DNA of 64,000 nt from Octopus sinensis (Eukaryota). Within the stretch, counting starts at the first letter, position 1, and each line of letters starts with the position of its first letter. Of this stretch, positions 13,019 through 25,399 are shown piece by piece. Location of the stretch: positions 50,158,001 through 50,222,000 of the forward strand of contig NC_043013.1 of the NCBI RefSeq assembly GCF_006345805.1. Reading direction: 5' to 3'. A program made the position numbers and the translations under genes. A model generated the notes under the pieces. The model saw nothing but the letters and a program-made list of their open reading frames with translations. It was not told the origin of the DNA and made no database searches.

Positions 13019-13660
13019 ATATTAGGTTGGCAAGAAAGTAATTTCGGTTTTTCAGGGTGAAAAAAAAGTTGTTTTTTTTCATACAAAGAATGAACTTTAA
13101 TGATTTGTATATTTTTCATTTTGTTTCATGACCTTTTGCCATCTTTCTGGCAACTTCATGATTCCATGCTCATAAAACTGCTGGTCCTTATCAGCCAAAA
13201 ACTGAAGCAAGTGTGATTCAGGTTGTCATCATTATTGAAACTTATACCATTCAAAGAATTTTGAAAACTTCAAAATAAGTGGTAATCTGATGGTGCAAGG
13301 TTAGGGCTATATGGTAGATGTAACATCACTTCCCAACCAAGCTCCAATAATATTTTATGAGTTAGCAAAGACGTGTGTGGTCTAGTGTTGTCATGGTGGA
13401 ACGTGATTCCTTTACAATTTGACAATTCTGGCTGTTTTCTTTTGATTGCTTCCTCCAGTTTCATTAGTTGTTGACAGTAAACATCTGAATTGATCGTTTC
13501 GTTCCTTGGAAGCAGCTCAGAATACACAACACTTTTGTAATCCCACCAAATTGACAACATGATCTTTTTTTGATGCAGTTCAGCTTTTGACGTTGTTTGT
13601 GCTGGTTCATTATGCCTGGACCATGATTGTTTTCGATTGATGTTATTGTAGGCAATGGTT
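13019..13660 (-). mobile_element. Mariner (Tc1/mariner DD34D) transposase 3' remnant with TIR
   Basis: MLSIWWD...FHHDNTRPH...LPYSPNLAPSDYHLF; terminal ATTAGGTTGGCAAGAAAGTAATTTCGGTTTT. Confidence 0.9.
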
Positions 13661-14608
13661 AACTACTTTTTGAAGTTTGATGTTCAAGCTGGTAATCATG
13701 GTCCAGGCGATATTTTACATTGTCTGGGGTTTCTACCTATCGCAATGGAGCCCAGCAATTTCCTTAAATAGATCAGTTTTTCTCCATTTAGGGAGTCTAG
13801 CTTGCATTTGCATCAGGAAGGTATTTGCTTGCTTTCTCCACATTAGGACAATGAAATTCCTCACCACCAATATCGCCACTATCAGCTCTTACTGCATCTA
13901 AGATTGACAATGACAATATCATAATTCATCCTTGCGCATGTAAACTCACTAAGTGAATATGACTTAGCGTTCCTACAGAAACCTTCATTTACTTGATACG
14001 ATGTTTAATGTCATTTCACATTCATAGAACATTTGTAATGTATGTATTACCAGTTCTTTTGGTATAATACATTTTTGCTATTCTTGTTTATGTCTCCTCA
14101 CAGACGTGTATATTCTAATAACTTGCTTCTTAAATTTTGCACCTCTCTTGTTCAATAAGCACTGAGTTAAATTTGCAAAGCTGTTTATTTTCTCCTTTTG
14201 ATTTTTAATGGTTATTTTAAAGGGTTACCAAACTATCAGTTTGGTCTCCCAGCTAAAATGGTAATGACAAATTTTTAAGTGTGTTTGACACTTTATAAAT
14301 GTGAAAGGGATTAAAATTTCAATACTGCGTATCAAAGGTTCTGACAGGAATAGGCAGAAAACCAGAGCTTTAGACAAGAAGACCCTTTTGACTAATCAGA
14401 ATTTTATTTTCATAATCAGCTTGATTGGTCATCTTCCTCTGACGGTTGAGTAAAGTGTCATCCAAGCTGATGTTTATTGGTAATTAAATTTATTTTGCAA
14501 CACCTAAAGGTATTTATCAGCTTTGATTTTGTTGATAACAATTATCAACAACTTTTCCTGTGATTATGATTTGAGAAGACATACAGAAGTTTGCTAAAGA
14601 TTGGACAT

Positions 14609-14994
14609 GTGGAAGCACTCCGTCGGTTCCGACGACGAGGGTTCCGGTTGATCCGATCAATGGAACAGCCTGCTCGTGAAATTAACGTGTAAGTGGCTGA
14701 GCACTCCACAGACACGTGTACCCTTAACGTAGTTCTCGGGGATATTCAGCGTGACACAGAGAGTGACAAGGCCGGCCCTTTGAAATACAGGTACAACAAA
14801 AACAGGAAGTAAGAGTGAGAGAAAGTTGTGGTGAAAGAGTGCAGCAGGGATCACCACCATCCCTGCCAGAGCCTCGTGGAGCATTTTAGATGTTTTCGCT
14901 CAATAAACACTCACAACGCCCGGTCTGGGAATCGAAACCGTGATGCTACGACCGCGAGTCCACTGCCCTAACCACTGGGCCATTGCGCCTCCAC
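14609..14994 (-). mobile_element. tRNA-derived SINE family 2 with 13-bp TSD
   Basis: A box TGGCCCAGTGG, B box GGTTTCGATTCC; TSD AAAGATTGGACAT (14596-14608 / 14995-15007). Copies at 31367-31750(-, about 10-bp TSD ATCTTCATTT) and 9727-10025(+, variant 3' half). Confidence 0.9.
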
Positions 14995-16209
14995 AAAGAT
15001 TGGACATAATCTCTTGTGGGCAAGAAATGTAAAATAAAGTTTATTATAAACAACACAAACACTTCCAAATTTAATAGCTTACAATGTGATACCTGTTAAG
15101 ATAAATCATTTTTATTTATTGAAAATTTAATAAAATCTAATCATAAGTAAGTGAAATTATGCTAAATACAACCAAATTGAAAACCTTTTCCCCCTGGTCA
15201 TAACGGCAGATCTGAAAACTTTGGGGTGCAAATTTTAAACAAGAAGAAGCATTTTTTTAGTAATTTTTATCCTGATAATCACTTGTGTATATTACATAGA
15301 TGCACAAATTACATGGGTTTTTATGGTGTGTGTGTGTGAATATATATATATACATATATATACGTTTATATATACACATATATATACATGTGTATATATA
15401 TGTGTATATATATATACACACACATATATATATATACATATATATACATACATATAAACATATATATATATACATATTGTTGTATTTAGGAATGATCATT
15501 TTGCCAGTTTAGCCAGTAAAAACACACGCACTATATATTTGGTGTTACTTTGCTTCAGCGTTATTATTTTTTACATTAATCTTAATCTTATTTCGGCCAG
15601 AGTTCTTTCGTCACACTCCTGTGACTGCATCAGTGGTCCTTTGCTTTCTCCTTTCTTATTTGTGTGTCTCTCCTTACTAACGGTCAGCCATTTTGTATTT
15701 TCTATTCCTATTGTATGTGTCTTCATTTGCGCATGTGTATACCTCTATGTGTGTCTATGTTTAGTTAGTGTGTGTGTGTGTGGGGGGGAATTGCCTGTAA
15801 TATTTGTATCTCCTGTTTATATATGTTCGTGTAATTTGTTTTTGTTTTTTTTTATTTTGTTCATGTGTTTACACCAACTTATTATTATTATTATTATTTT
15901 TTAAAATTATTATTATTATTATTATTTTTAATGTACATAGTTATTTACTTCCATTTGTTTATTTATCTGTGTATTTTATTATGTTTTTAGTTTTGTTTAT
16001 ATTGTAACCAGTTTATGGGGATCCTCTTCTGTCATATGTTGTGGTGTGTGCTAGTGTTCCATTCCAGATTCCTATTCAGGCTAGGTTTATCTTCTATTAT
16101 GTGTGTAGCTTCCGTAATTTGTCTGATTGTTGCGTCTGTTCTATGTGTGGACAAGATTTTAACTTCTATGTTGTTGAGTGAGCCCCCATGCAAATAAATA
16201 TTCACTTAC

Positions 16210-16382
16210 CAATAACTTCATAAAATATCTTGAGTTGCAGTCCTTCTATGTTACCTTGACAGATCTCCAATGTGGCTGCTTTGGAGAAAGTTGTGTAGTT
16301 GAGATAATTAGATTGCAATGCAGAAAATCTGATATATTCTCCTCTCTTAAATTTGTCACTGATTTTTATTGTCAGACATCTG
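16210..16382 (-). CDS. Host gene exon (173 or 170 nt, phase 2->1): second half of CUB-like repeat 2
   Basis: Tandem acceptor ttctttAG|CAG|, donor G|GTAAGT. Reads RCLTIKISDKFKRGEYIRFSALQSNYLNYTTFSKAATLEICQGNIEGLQLKIFYEVI. Confidence 0.85.
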
Positions 16383-17514
16383 CTAAAGAAACAAAGAATA
16401 TTTTACTAACAGACTCATTTTTTTTTTTTAAATATTGTTTTAATCTGCAGTAAATAAAAAGAATTAATTGCCAAGCTTGACACAATTTGAGACAAGATAT
16501 GTAAAGTCTGCAGCAGATATGGGATGCACTCTTGCTTATAGACAACAGGAGATAAAGTGTGCATACAAATATTGCAAGATATGCCATACTTTTCAATATT
16601 ACTCTTTTACTTGTTTCAGTCATTTGACTGCGGCCATGCTGGAGCACAGCCTTTAGTCGAGCAACTTGACCCCGGGACTTATTCTTTTTGTAAGCCCAGT
16701 ACTTATTCTATCGGTCTCTTTTTGCCGAACTGCTAAGTGACGGGGACATAAACACACCAGCATCGGTTGTCAAGCAATGCTAGGGGAACAAACACAGACA
16801 CACAAACACACACACATACATATATATATATACATATATACGACAGGCTTCTTTCAGTTTCCGTCTACCAAATCCACTCACAAGGCATTGGTTGGCCTGG
16901 GGCTATAGCAGAAGACACTTGCCCAAGATGCCACCACGCAGTGGGACTGAACCCGGAACCATGTGGCTGGTTAGCAAGCTACTTACCACACAGCCACTCC
17001 TGCACCTATATTAGCCTAAGTTCAAAGATTATACAAAGGATTGCACTTGTAATGTTAAATGTTAAATCCTAAACAACACCACCTTCTGATACAGAGAAAA
17101 CCCATCAACAAACATGTCTGCCAGTACCCCCTTTTCATCTGCATTTTCTGCACCCGACTCTTGGTAATTAGAGACAATTGTTTATCATAGCCATTTAGCA
17201 TTTAAACTGGCCATATCGGTTGTCAAGCAATGCTAGGGGAACAAACACAGACACACAAACACACACACATACACATATATATATACATATATACGACAGG
17301 CTTCTTTCAGTTTCCGGCTCAAATATTCTACCTGGGCAGATCTGACCTCCCAAACTTATTCCCACTATGTTCTGCTAAAAATAAACAATCACATTGTCAG
17401 TATCAAGGCTTTGAGATAATCCATGGTTAATCCAAATCAATGTATATAAAGAAGAATTTGAAAGAATAATTTGAATATTAAAGAGTTAAAAGATGAATTG
17501 TTTCCTTTAATTAA

Positions 17515-18090
17515 CAATCATCATCATCATCATCATTTAGCGTCCGTTCTCCATGCTAGCATGGGTTGGACGGTTCAACTGGGGTCTGTGAAGCTGGAAG
17601 GCTTCATCAGGCCCAGTCAGATCTGGCAGTGTTTCTACGGCTGGATGCCCTTCCTAACGCCAACCACTCCATGAGTGTAGTGGGTGCTTTTTACGTGCCA
17701 CCCGCACAGGTGCCAGACGTGGCTGGCAAATGGCCACGAACGGATGGTGCTTTTACGTGTCACCGGCACGGGGGCCAGGCGAGGCTGGCAACGGACACGA
17801 ACGGATGGTGCTTTTACGTGCCACCGGCACGGGGCCAGGCGAGGGTGGCAACGGACACGAACGGATGGTGCTTTTACGTGCCACCAACACGGGGGCCAGA
17901 CAGAGCTGGCAAACGGCCACGAAACGGATGGTGCTTTTACGTGTCACCGGCACGGGGGCCAGGCGAGGCTGGCAATGGGCACGAACGGATGGTGCTTTTA
18001 CGTGTCACCGGCACGGGGGCCAGGCAAGGCTGGCAACGGGCACGAACGGATGGTGCTTTTAATGCCACCGACACGGGGGCCAGACAGGGC
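17515..18090 (-). mobile_element. (GAT)n-tailed short retroposon family 3 with internal about 60-bp tandem repeats
   Basis: Shared core ccatgctagcatgggttggacggttcaactgggg...ggatgcccttcctaacgccaaccactcc. Copies at about 5200-5680, 10785-11170, 11350-11640, 28330-28810, 31875-32250, 43455-43940, 53785-53975. Confidence 0.85.
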
Positions 18091-19484
18091 TTTTCTTATT
18101 TTGTTTTTATGGGCACCTGGCAGCTGTGGATTTATGCTAAACCAGGTTTTCAATTAAAAAAAAAAAAAGGAGAAAAGGAAATACATAACTTTAAAAAATA
18201 TAATGAAGATTCCAAGAGTCTTAATGGATGGTACACCTTTCTTGTTAAAGGGTCTGCAATTTGTACATTTGTCAGAATCTATCAAATTTTTGCAATTTCC
18301 TTTCTGCTTATCATTTCTCTCTCAAGACAGCTAATTCTATGTGATGTCTTCTGCCTGAAATTTGTGGACCAAGTGCTTCTTACATGGCACCAGTACTGGC
18401 AGGGTCACCAAGTAACTTGCAAGACAAAGATCCTTTGAGGGGGGATGTGGCCCTGGAAGTGATCTTATGATGAAAGGTTAGAGTGTGATACAGACAGAAA
18501 CAGGTGTCTTACTGTAGAGGCGAGACATGGTTATCTGGGGAGGGGGAGAGGGAGTGGTCAAGATTGAGACCAGTAATGAGTGTTGTTGTAGAGGAGATAC
18601 ATGGCTAACCAGTCCAAGGGATAGAGCAAGAGAAAGAGTGTTAATGGAAGAGAACAGAAGAAAGATGGTGGCAAAGGGTCAGGGTATGCTTACAAGGAAT
18701 GGGGACAAGAATATAAATGGGATGGTCTAGAAGAGCTAGGGAGAGATAACTGGTAGTAAAGTGGAAGGGCATGCCCTCAAGGTACAGGGGCCAGAATATA
18801 AATGGTAGGAAGTAGAGACTTCACATGAATGCAAGGAGTGAGGGGATTGGGGACAACAGGATCGGAATGATACAGTGAGCAGGGCATAGGGGACAAGATT
18901 AGGGAGCAGGAGATAAGCACAAGCATAATGCATTAAAAGAGGAAATGTGCAGAAGAGGAGAGATGAGGTTTGGTTTACTCTTTTACTTGTTTCAGTCATT
19001 TGACTGCAGCCATGCTGGAGCACCACCTTTAATCGAGCAACTCGACCCTGGGACTTATTCTTTGTAAGCCCAGTACTTATTCTATCAGTCTCTTTTGCCG
19101 AACCGCTAAGTAACGGGGACATAAACACACCAGCATTGGTTGTCAAGCAATGCTAGGGGGACAAACACAGACACACACACACATACACATACATATATTT
19201 ATTTTTATATATACATATATACGATGGGCTTCTTTCAGTTTCCGTCTACCAAATCCACTCACAAGGCTTTGGTCGGCCTGAGTCTATAGTAGAAGACACT
19301 TGCCCAAGGTGCCACGCAGTGGGACTGAATCCGGAACCATGTGGTTGGTAAACAAGCTACTTACCACACAGCCACTCCAGTTAAGTTAAGTTAATTTTCT
19401 GGCTCAAAAAGCAAAAACAGGGACATGGAGTTATGTACAGGGGTGTTCATGCAAAGAGTTCAGGCCATTTCTGGTCAAGAGTGA

Positions 19485-19730
19485 CTTTGAACCGAGCGGT
19501 CATCGGCATCTTCACTATCTCATCTGGCAGCTTATTCCACAGATCCGCAACCCGGACGGAGAAAGCCCCCCTCCTTCGATTGAGATGAAATCGTCGCAGA
19601 TAGAGCTTTTCGGAGTGACCCTGGAGCAGGAGTGAAGAACAGCTCTTTCGAGGTTTGGTGGGGTACGGTGTGGAAAAAGTTCCCTCTGAGGTGTTATTGA
19701 ATAGTAATTAGTCAGACTATTCTGACATAC
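19485..19730 (-). mobile_element. CR1-like LINE 3' fragment
   Basis: Reverse strand resembles the FSVRVxDxWNKLPDE terminus; frameshifted. Confidence 0.6.
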
Positions 19731-20984
19731 TGCATGGTATGCATTATGTACAGGTAATAGCTCAATATATGATATTTTCATACAACACATAATGTAAACT
19801 GCATAAAATCTCATTGCCATTTCATCCACGCCATGCAGCAAATTAAGCAGGGATTTGCCAGTAGAGAAGAATACTCATCATCCTCTCAAATAGAGAGCCT
19901 CACAACCTATGAACAGAATCCAGATAGATCAACACATGTTTCATCATCATCATTTAATATCCTTTTCCATGCTGGCATGGGTTGGACCATTTGCATTCAT
20001 ATAAACAAATTGAAATGTCATACAATCCAAAATATCAAAAACTTGTACAAAATTTGGAACTATTTCAAGGGAAAATAATTGTGAAACAATCTCAAAAGAT
20101 ATATACGTATTGTTCTGAAAGGGAGTTCATTTTAACATATTTACTTTTACTCTGCTATATCAGAATACCGATGCTAAATAAGACATGGTTATCATTTTTA
20201 CTTACAAAAAGTGAACTGTAGAATGTAATAAGATGGAACCTACACTTGCCTCCTTATGAGAGCTCAAAATCTCTCGTGGAAGTGTCATCCAATCAAAATG
20301 CAAATATATGGGAAACTACCACCTGTGTCATCTCTTGTGAAGGTAGGAGAGTCCAGTTTGCTGGACATTGTTGTAGAGCTGCAAACAAGGCAATTTCTAC
20401 TCTTCTCCCCCGGAAGCCATCTGCTCACGATACCGGAGGGCGCACACTCTCCTACCCTGATGTAATCTCCAGGGATTCAGGCATCCAGCAACAGGACCTC
20501 CGTAATGCTATGATGGACCGTGAAATCTGGCGTAGCATGGTAAATTCCATTGTCTCGACCACGGTCGAACAATGATGATGATGATGATGAATAAGAGCAT
20601 TGCAGGAATACAAGTATCAAAGGTGAAAGTGAAATAGTTCTCTTATTGAATATTACCATTCTTTAAATTCTCTCACTATTTAATAGTTTTCTTCTTGTCT
20701 CTTAAAAAAAAGCACAAACAAATCAAATGACTGAAAGACCAAATTTTATGTGTCAGTATTATGAAGCAAAGTGAAAGTAGAGTGAAACAAGCAAGTGCAT
20801 GGATCTATCTAAATTCAACTCGTTAATTGTTTGGTAATTGTTTATGTTTTATATTGAAAGACAGAAAGATCTATTAATGAGAAAATTTTTTAAAATGAAA
20901 TATTTGATAAATATATTAATGAAGTTTCCACTTATGTCTTTGATATTGTATCCCTGAAATATATTTTATTATTACTACTACTAC

Positions 20985-22075
20985 TACATGGTATTTGTAG
21001 ACTTTTCTAAAGCGTTCGATTCTGTAGATAGGTACAAGATGTTTGAAATCCTTAAGCTCTATGGGATACCAGACAAAATTATTTTGCTATCAAGGTCCTC
21101 TACACAGATACGTCTTCAACCATCTTAACCCCTGATGGAGAACCATCATCTTTCTCAATCAAAGCCTGAATACTGCAGGGAGACACACTCGCCCCATTTC
21201 TTTTCATCATTGTCATTGACTATGTGCTACGTATGTCAGTTGATACCATCTCTGGCAAGGGCTTTGAAATAAAACCAAGAAGAAGTTCCAGACACCCAGC
21301 TGAGTACTTGACAGACACTGACTTTGCTGACGACATCGCTCTTATCAGTGATTCTCTCTCCAATGTCCAGTCTCTTTTACAATCTCTTGAACAAGCCTCA
21401 AATTGTGTAGGTCTTTACCTCAATGAGGCCAAAACTGAATATATAAACAAGTGATTGCATCATCCATACTCACAACACTGCGCCCTTAAATATGGTTTCT
21501 GATTACAAATATCTTGGGTCATACATATCATCATCTGGAAAAGACTTTCTAACTAGAAAGGGTATGGCCTGGTCAGCCTGTAATGACATGCATAAGATCT
21601 GGTCATCAAATCTATGTAGAGACTTCAAACTTGAAATATTCAAAGCCACAGTCGAACCAATTCTACTATATGGCTCAGAAACCTGGACGTTATCAAAGAA
21701 GCTTGAGAGGCGGTTGGATGGAACCTACACTCGCCTCCTTATGAGAGCTCAAAATCTCTCGTGGAAGCGCCATCCAACCAAAATGCAAATATATGGGAAA
21801 TTACCACCTGTGTCATCTCTTGTGAAAGGTAGGAGAGTCCAGTTTGCTGTACATTGTTGTAGAGCTGAAAAAGAAGTAATTTCTACTCTTCTCCTCTGGA
21901 AGCCATCTACTCGCAATACCAGAGGGCGCACACTCTCCTACCCTGATGTAATCTCCAGGGATACAGGCATCCAGCAACAGGACCTCCGTAATGCTATGAT
22001 GGACCGTGAAGTCTGGCGTAACATAGTAAATTCCATTGTCTCGACCACGGTCGAACAATGATTAATGATGACTAC
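20985..22075 (+). mobile_element. RTE-clade LINE 3' portion (second family)
   Basis: LQGDTLAPFLFIIVIDY, DTDFADDIAL and LLYGSETW. A duplicate 3' end with a (GAT)n tail lies at 20232-20590. Confidence 0.85.
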
Positions 22076-22214
22076 TATTCAGCTATTCCAGATGGCAGTG
22101 AGACGTGAGCTGTAGCTACAAAGGACATGCAAAGTCTTGAAAGAAATGAAACCAGCATGCATTGGTGGATAGGTAATGCCAGCGTACATGTACAACAGAA
22201 AGTAAATCATTTAA

Positions 22215-22434
22215 CCCTTTTGTTACCAACCTGGCCAAAACTGGCTCTGGCTCTGTGGTAAAATGTCTTGTTTTCATAAGTTTTGAATTAAAATATTCCA
22301 CCAAGTCTTAGTCACAACTTATGTTCCTAACACTAACTTAATGATAACTAAGTTATTTCACTAAATTCTTTGTTATATTTAGATTAATTGAAAGAAACAC
22401 AGAACATCTCAAAATAAATACAGTAACAAAAGGG
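22215..22434. mobile_element. piggyBac-type MITE (220 bp) inserted in an RTE fragment
   Basis: TTAA-CCCTTTTGTTAC...GTAACAAAAGGG-TTAA; the RTE-like sequence resumes after the second TTAA. Confidence 0.85.
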
Positions 22435-23196
22435 TTAAGAGAAAACTTGGGTAGAAGAGGCATCGGATGTATTGTGCATGAATGACAACAGCTGCATAAG
22501 GAAGTGCTGATCTCAAATTTTGAAGGGAACAAGTGGAAGGGGTCGACTCAGGATGACATGGGATAAAGTGGTGGCAAATTACCTTCAGATGATGAGCTTC
22601 ATCATCATGTATGTATGTAATGTGATGACACTTTTCCAAATCACTAATTATATGCTTTGATCTTAACTAAAAAGCAAGTAGCCATTGAGCTAAAAAGAAA
22701 GGGTAATGTTAAATTGTTAACAATTTAAAAACTATGCAATATGAGTCTCCATAAAAGCAAAATTATAGACTATATACCAAATTTAGCGGTCATACTCTAC
22801 AATTTCTGTAAGTATAAAAGTCAGTAACCTGACATACCTGTAATGAGGGAGACACCTGTATATTTGCACTATGGTATGTTTTTGCTATCTAGCTTCCACT
22901 AAATGTTGTTATTGATACTTAAGCTGTGATCTAGTATGTATATATTTATATATTTTATATTTTATCTAGTTTCAGCTCACGAGCTGTGGCCATGCTGGGG
23001 CACCGCCATTGTATACAATGACAATGAATTGAATTATATATTTCACATAGCTTGAATAAGGGTGACCTCTACCCAACATAAACAATGTGAAAATGAATTT
23101 TTTGTGGTGTGCCCTTCCACCAAATGGGGTATGAGGTTATTAAACTTTAAACAAAAAATTTGTATGAGCAGTGATTAATATAATTAGTGCACTTAC

Positions 23197-23365
23197 AGTT
23201 GATTGTTGCCAGTCAAATTACTGGTGTCCATATAGAAGCGTATTTTACAATTGCTGCAAGAATTCAAAGCTAGCACACATTTTCCGGAGCAGTTGCTTAA
23301 ATGAATATAGCCTTGCATTCCAAGATGCAATGCACTGTCACCATAATGCATACACATTGTAAAAT
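23197..23365 (-). CDS. Host gene exon (169 nt, phase 1->2): first half of CUB-like repeat 2
   Basis: Acceptor tttatatttatttAG, donor |GTAAGT. Reads (N)FTMCMHYGDSALHLGMQGYIHLSNCSGKCVLALNSCSNCKIRFYMDTSNLTGNNQ(L). Confidence 0.85.
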
Positions 23366-23953
23366 CTAAATAAATATAAATTGATATGGAAATAACTATA
23401 TTTTACAGCCATCACATTCTTCTGGGCAAGTCTTACACATTTAATCTTACTACTAAGGTAAACTATCCAAAAGTACCCTCCAACTTGTTAAAGTTACGAT
23501 TAGCTTTCAAGAGAGCTGCTGCCATGATAAACTTGCCACAATAGTCTCCTGATAATACTTCAAATGCAAAAGTAACATGGAAAAAATGTATATTCAAAAC
23601 TTTAGCAAAGTTATTGTTGTCGAGTTTCATTACTTCAGGCATACCAATAACACAGAAATAGTTAATCAAAAACAGTCAATTTGATTGACAAACCTAGTCA
23701 AACATGTCAGTTTCATCTTTAGTGGAAGAGGCCAATACATTGTAAGATTTGAAACTAAATATTTGGTTTCAAGTTTTAAAGAGAATTCACTGGAGGAGAC
23801 TTTACTGTTGAACTGACCAGGTTAAAACAACAAAGATGCCAAAAACACAGTTTTTATTATTAATGAAGTTATATTTCATGCAACATATCCATCTGAGACT
23901 GAGATTATTGTAAGGTTAAAATTTACAAAGAATCAACAACAATAATAATAATT

Positions 23954-24364
23954 GGATCTTTTCGGTTTGAACGGCAGTTTTTAACATAATTTCTAGGTAA
24001 CTAAAAAATTTTAAACTTCGTATACTGGTAGAATGTGTTTATAAAACATCTTTTTCTCTTGGCTTTATTGAGAAAATTCTATAGCTTGTAAGATATTTGT
24101 TGTTTTTTTTCTTCAATTTCTGCAATTTCAACCAATCGATGACATCCATTGAGGTAAAAAACATTCTGTGCCGTATGAATATGTCCCTCGTTTAAGAAAC
24201 AGATTGGGTTTATTTACATTTGTGAAGAAAAAAAGATACCCTTCCCCCCAACCCTAACCCTAAAACAGATTGAAATGCAATAGATCGATACTAGGGTCAT
24301 AATTATGGGTGACAATTTCATATGACACCACTAGAAAAAACTGCCGGTCAAACTGAAAAGATCC
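23954..24364. mobile_element. MITE (about 410 bp) with about 29-bp TIRs and internal CCCTAA motifs
   Basis: GGATCTTTTCGGTTTGAACGGCAGTTTTT...AAAAACTGCCGGTCAAACTGAAAAGATCC; two more copies at 34218-35048. Confidence 0.8.
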
Positions 24365-24734
24365 TAATAATTAATCATAATATTCAATAAAAAATATAAT
24401 AATCAATAGAAACTGTCTCATATATTGGTACAATAGCTCAAAGTTTGGCTCAAAGTACATAGGTAATTTTCTTAACTCCAATACTTAATTGGTATATATT
24501 TTATGGACCCATGGAAGATAGAAGATGATTCTAACAGAATTTAAAATTAGACTCTAAATGGACATAAACTAAATATCATTTCTATGATCCACAACCTTAT
24601 CAGAAGTGATTATGATGATTTATTTCTTTCTGTATTTAAAATGATGATGGTGGTGAATAAAGTATTGAATTGGTATTGGAACCAAATATGAATTAGATAT
24701 GTTACTACTTTGGAAATTTTACATGCAGTGACAA

Positions 24735-25150
24735 TCGCTAAGGGTAATTGCCTGCATCACTTTATCAAACTTTGGAACGATGCTTGTATTCAGAAACACT
24801 GAAGAAAATCTAGCCACCAAATTCGACATATTCCACCCTTTAGAAATATTTGAAAAGCTAAGTTTGCTGAACAGCCACAGAATAAAAATACAAATAATTT
24901 AAATTGCAAAGTGGTTACTAAAAATTCCTTAGAAAATTTAATCTGTTCAGGATAAATACTGGGAGTAAGGATGCCATTTCCAACCTTTGCCACAATTGAG
25001 GAGGAGCAGTAAGAGGATGATATTTTAATGGTACACTGAGTACTTGAGCTAATTGCACAAGGAAAGGGAAATTAGGTTCAAAGATCTGGAAAAGACCATT
25101 CCAAGTTGGGTGGTTGATCCATTTGGGACAAATGCAGCTGATGTTCTTGT
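24735..25150 (+). mobile_element. Charlie/Buster-like hAT transposase remnant
   Basis: Frameshifted SKGNCL..F, IFEKLSLLN and IRFKDLEKTIPSWVVDPF motifs. Confidence 0.65.
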
Positions 25151-25399
25151 GTTTGTGCGTGTGTGCTTGTGTGTATGTATGGATGAGCTTGTTTTCTCTC
25201 TTTCTCTGTCTGAAAGCCTCCTTTCCCTTGCTGGTGATACCCTCCATCATACCTGTAATCTCCTCTCCCTGGACAAATGCAACTAGTTTAGCTCACATCC
25301 TACTTGGTCTAACATTGGAATATCCATATTTGCAACATCAGTAATGCTTAAATTTACGTTTATATGATGTCCATAATGCTTATACTTACAATGCAGCTA

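Noticed and set aside
17317-17356. 40-nt exon candidate (ttttagcAG...CAG|GTAGAA), coordinates approximate
   Set aside because: Phase 1->2 conflicts with the 23197-16382 junction.
17566-18438. 290-aa ORF
   Set aside because: It derives from retroposon tandem repeats, is open in several frames and has no protein-like features.
20206-20215. 10-nt microexon candidate (tacAG|TTCACTTTTT|GTAAGT)
   Set aside because: Exons 23197 and 16382 already join in phase 2 and give a clean repeat; including it shifts the frame.
23463-23669. 68-aa minus-strand ORF near exon 23365
   Set aside because: No convincing splice sites or homology; an in-frame stop lies immediately upstream.
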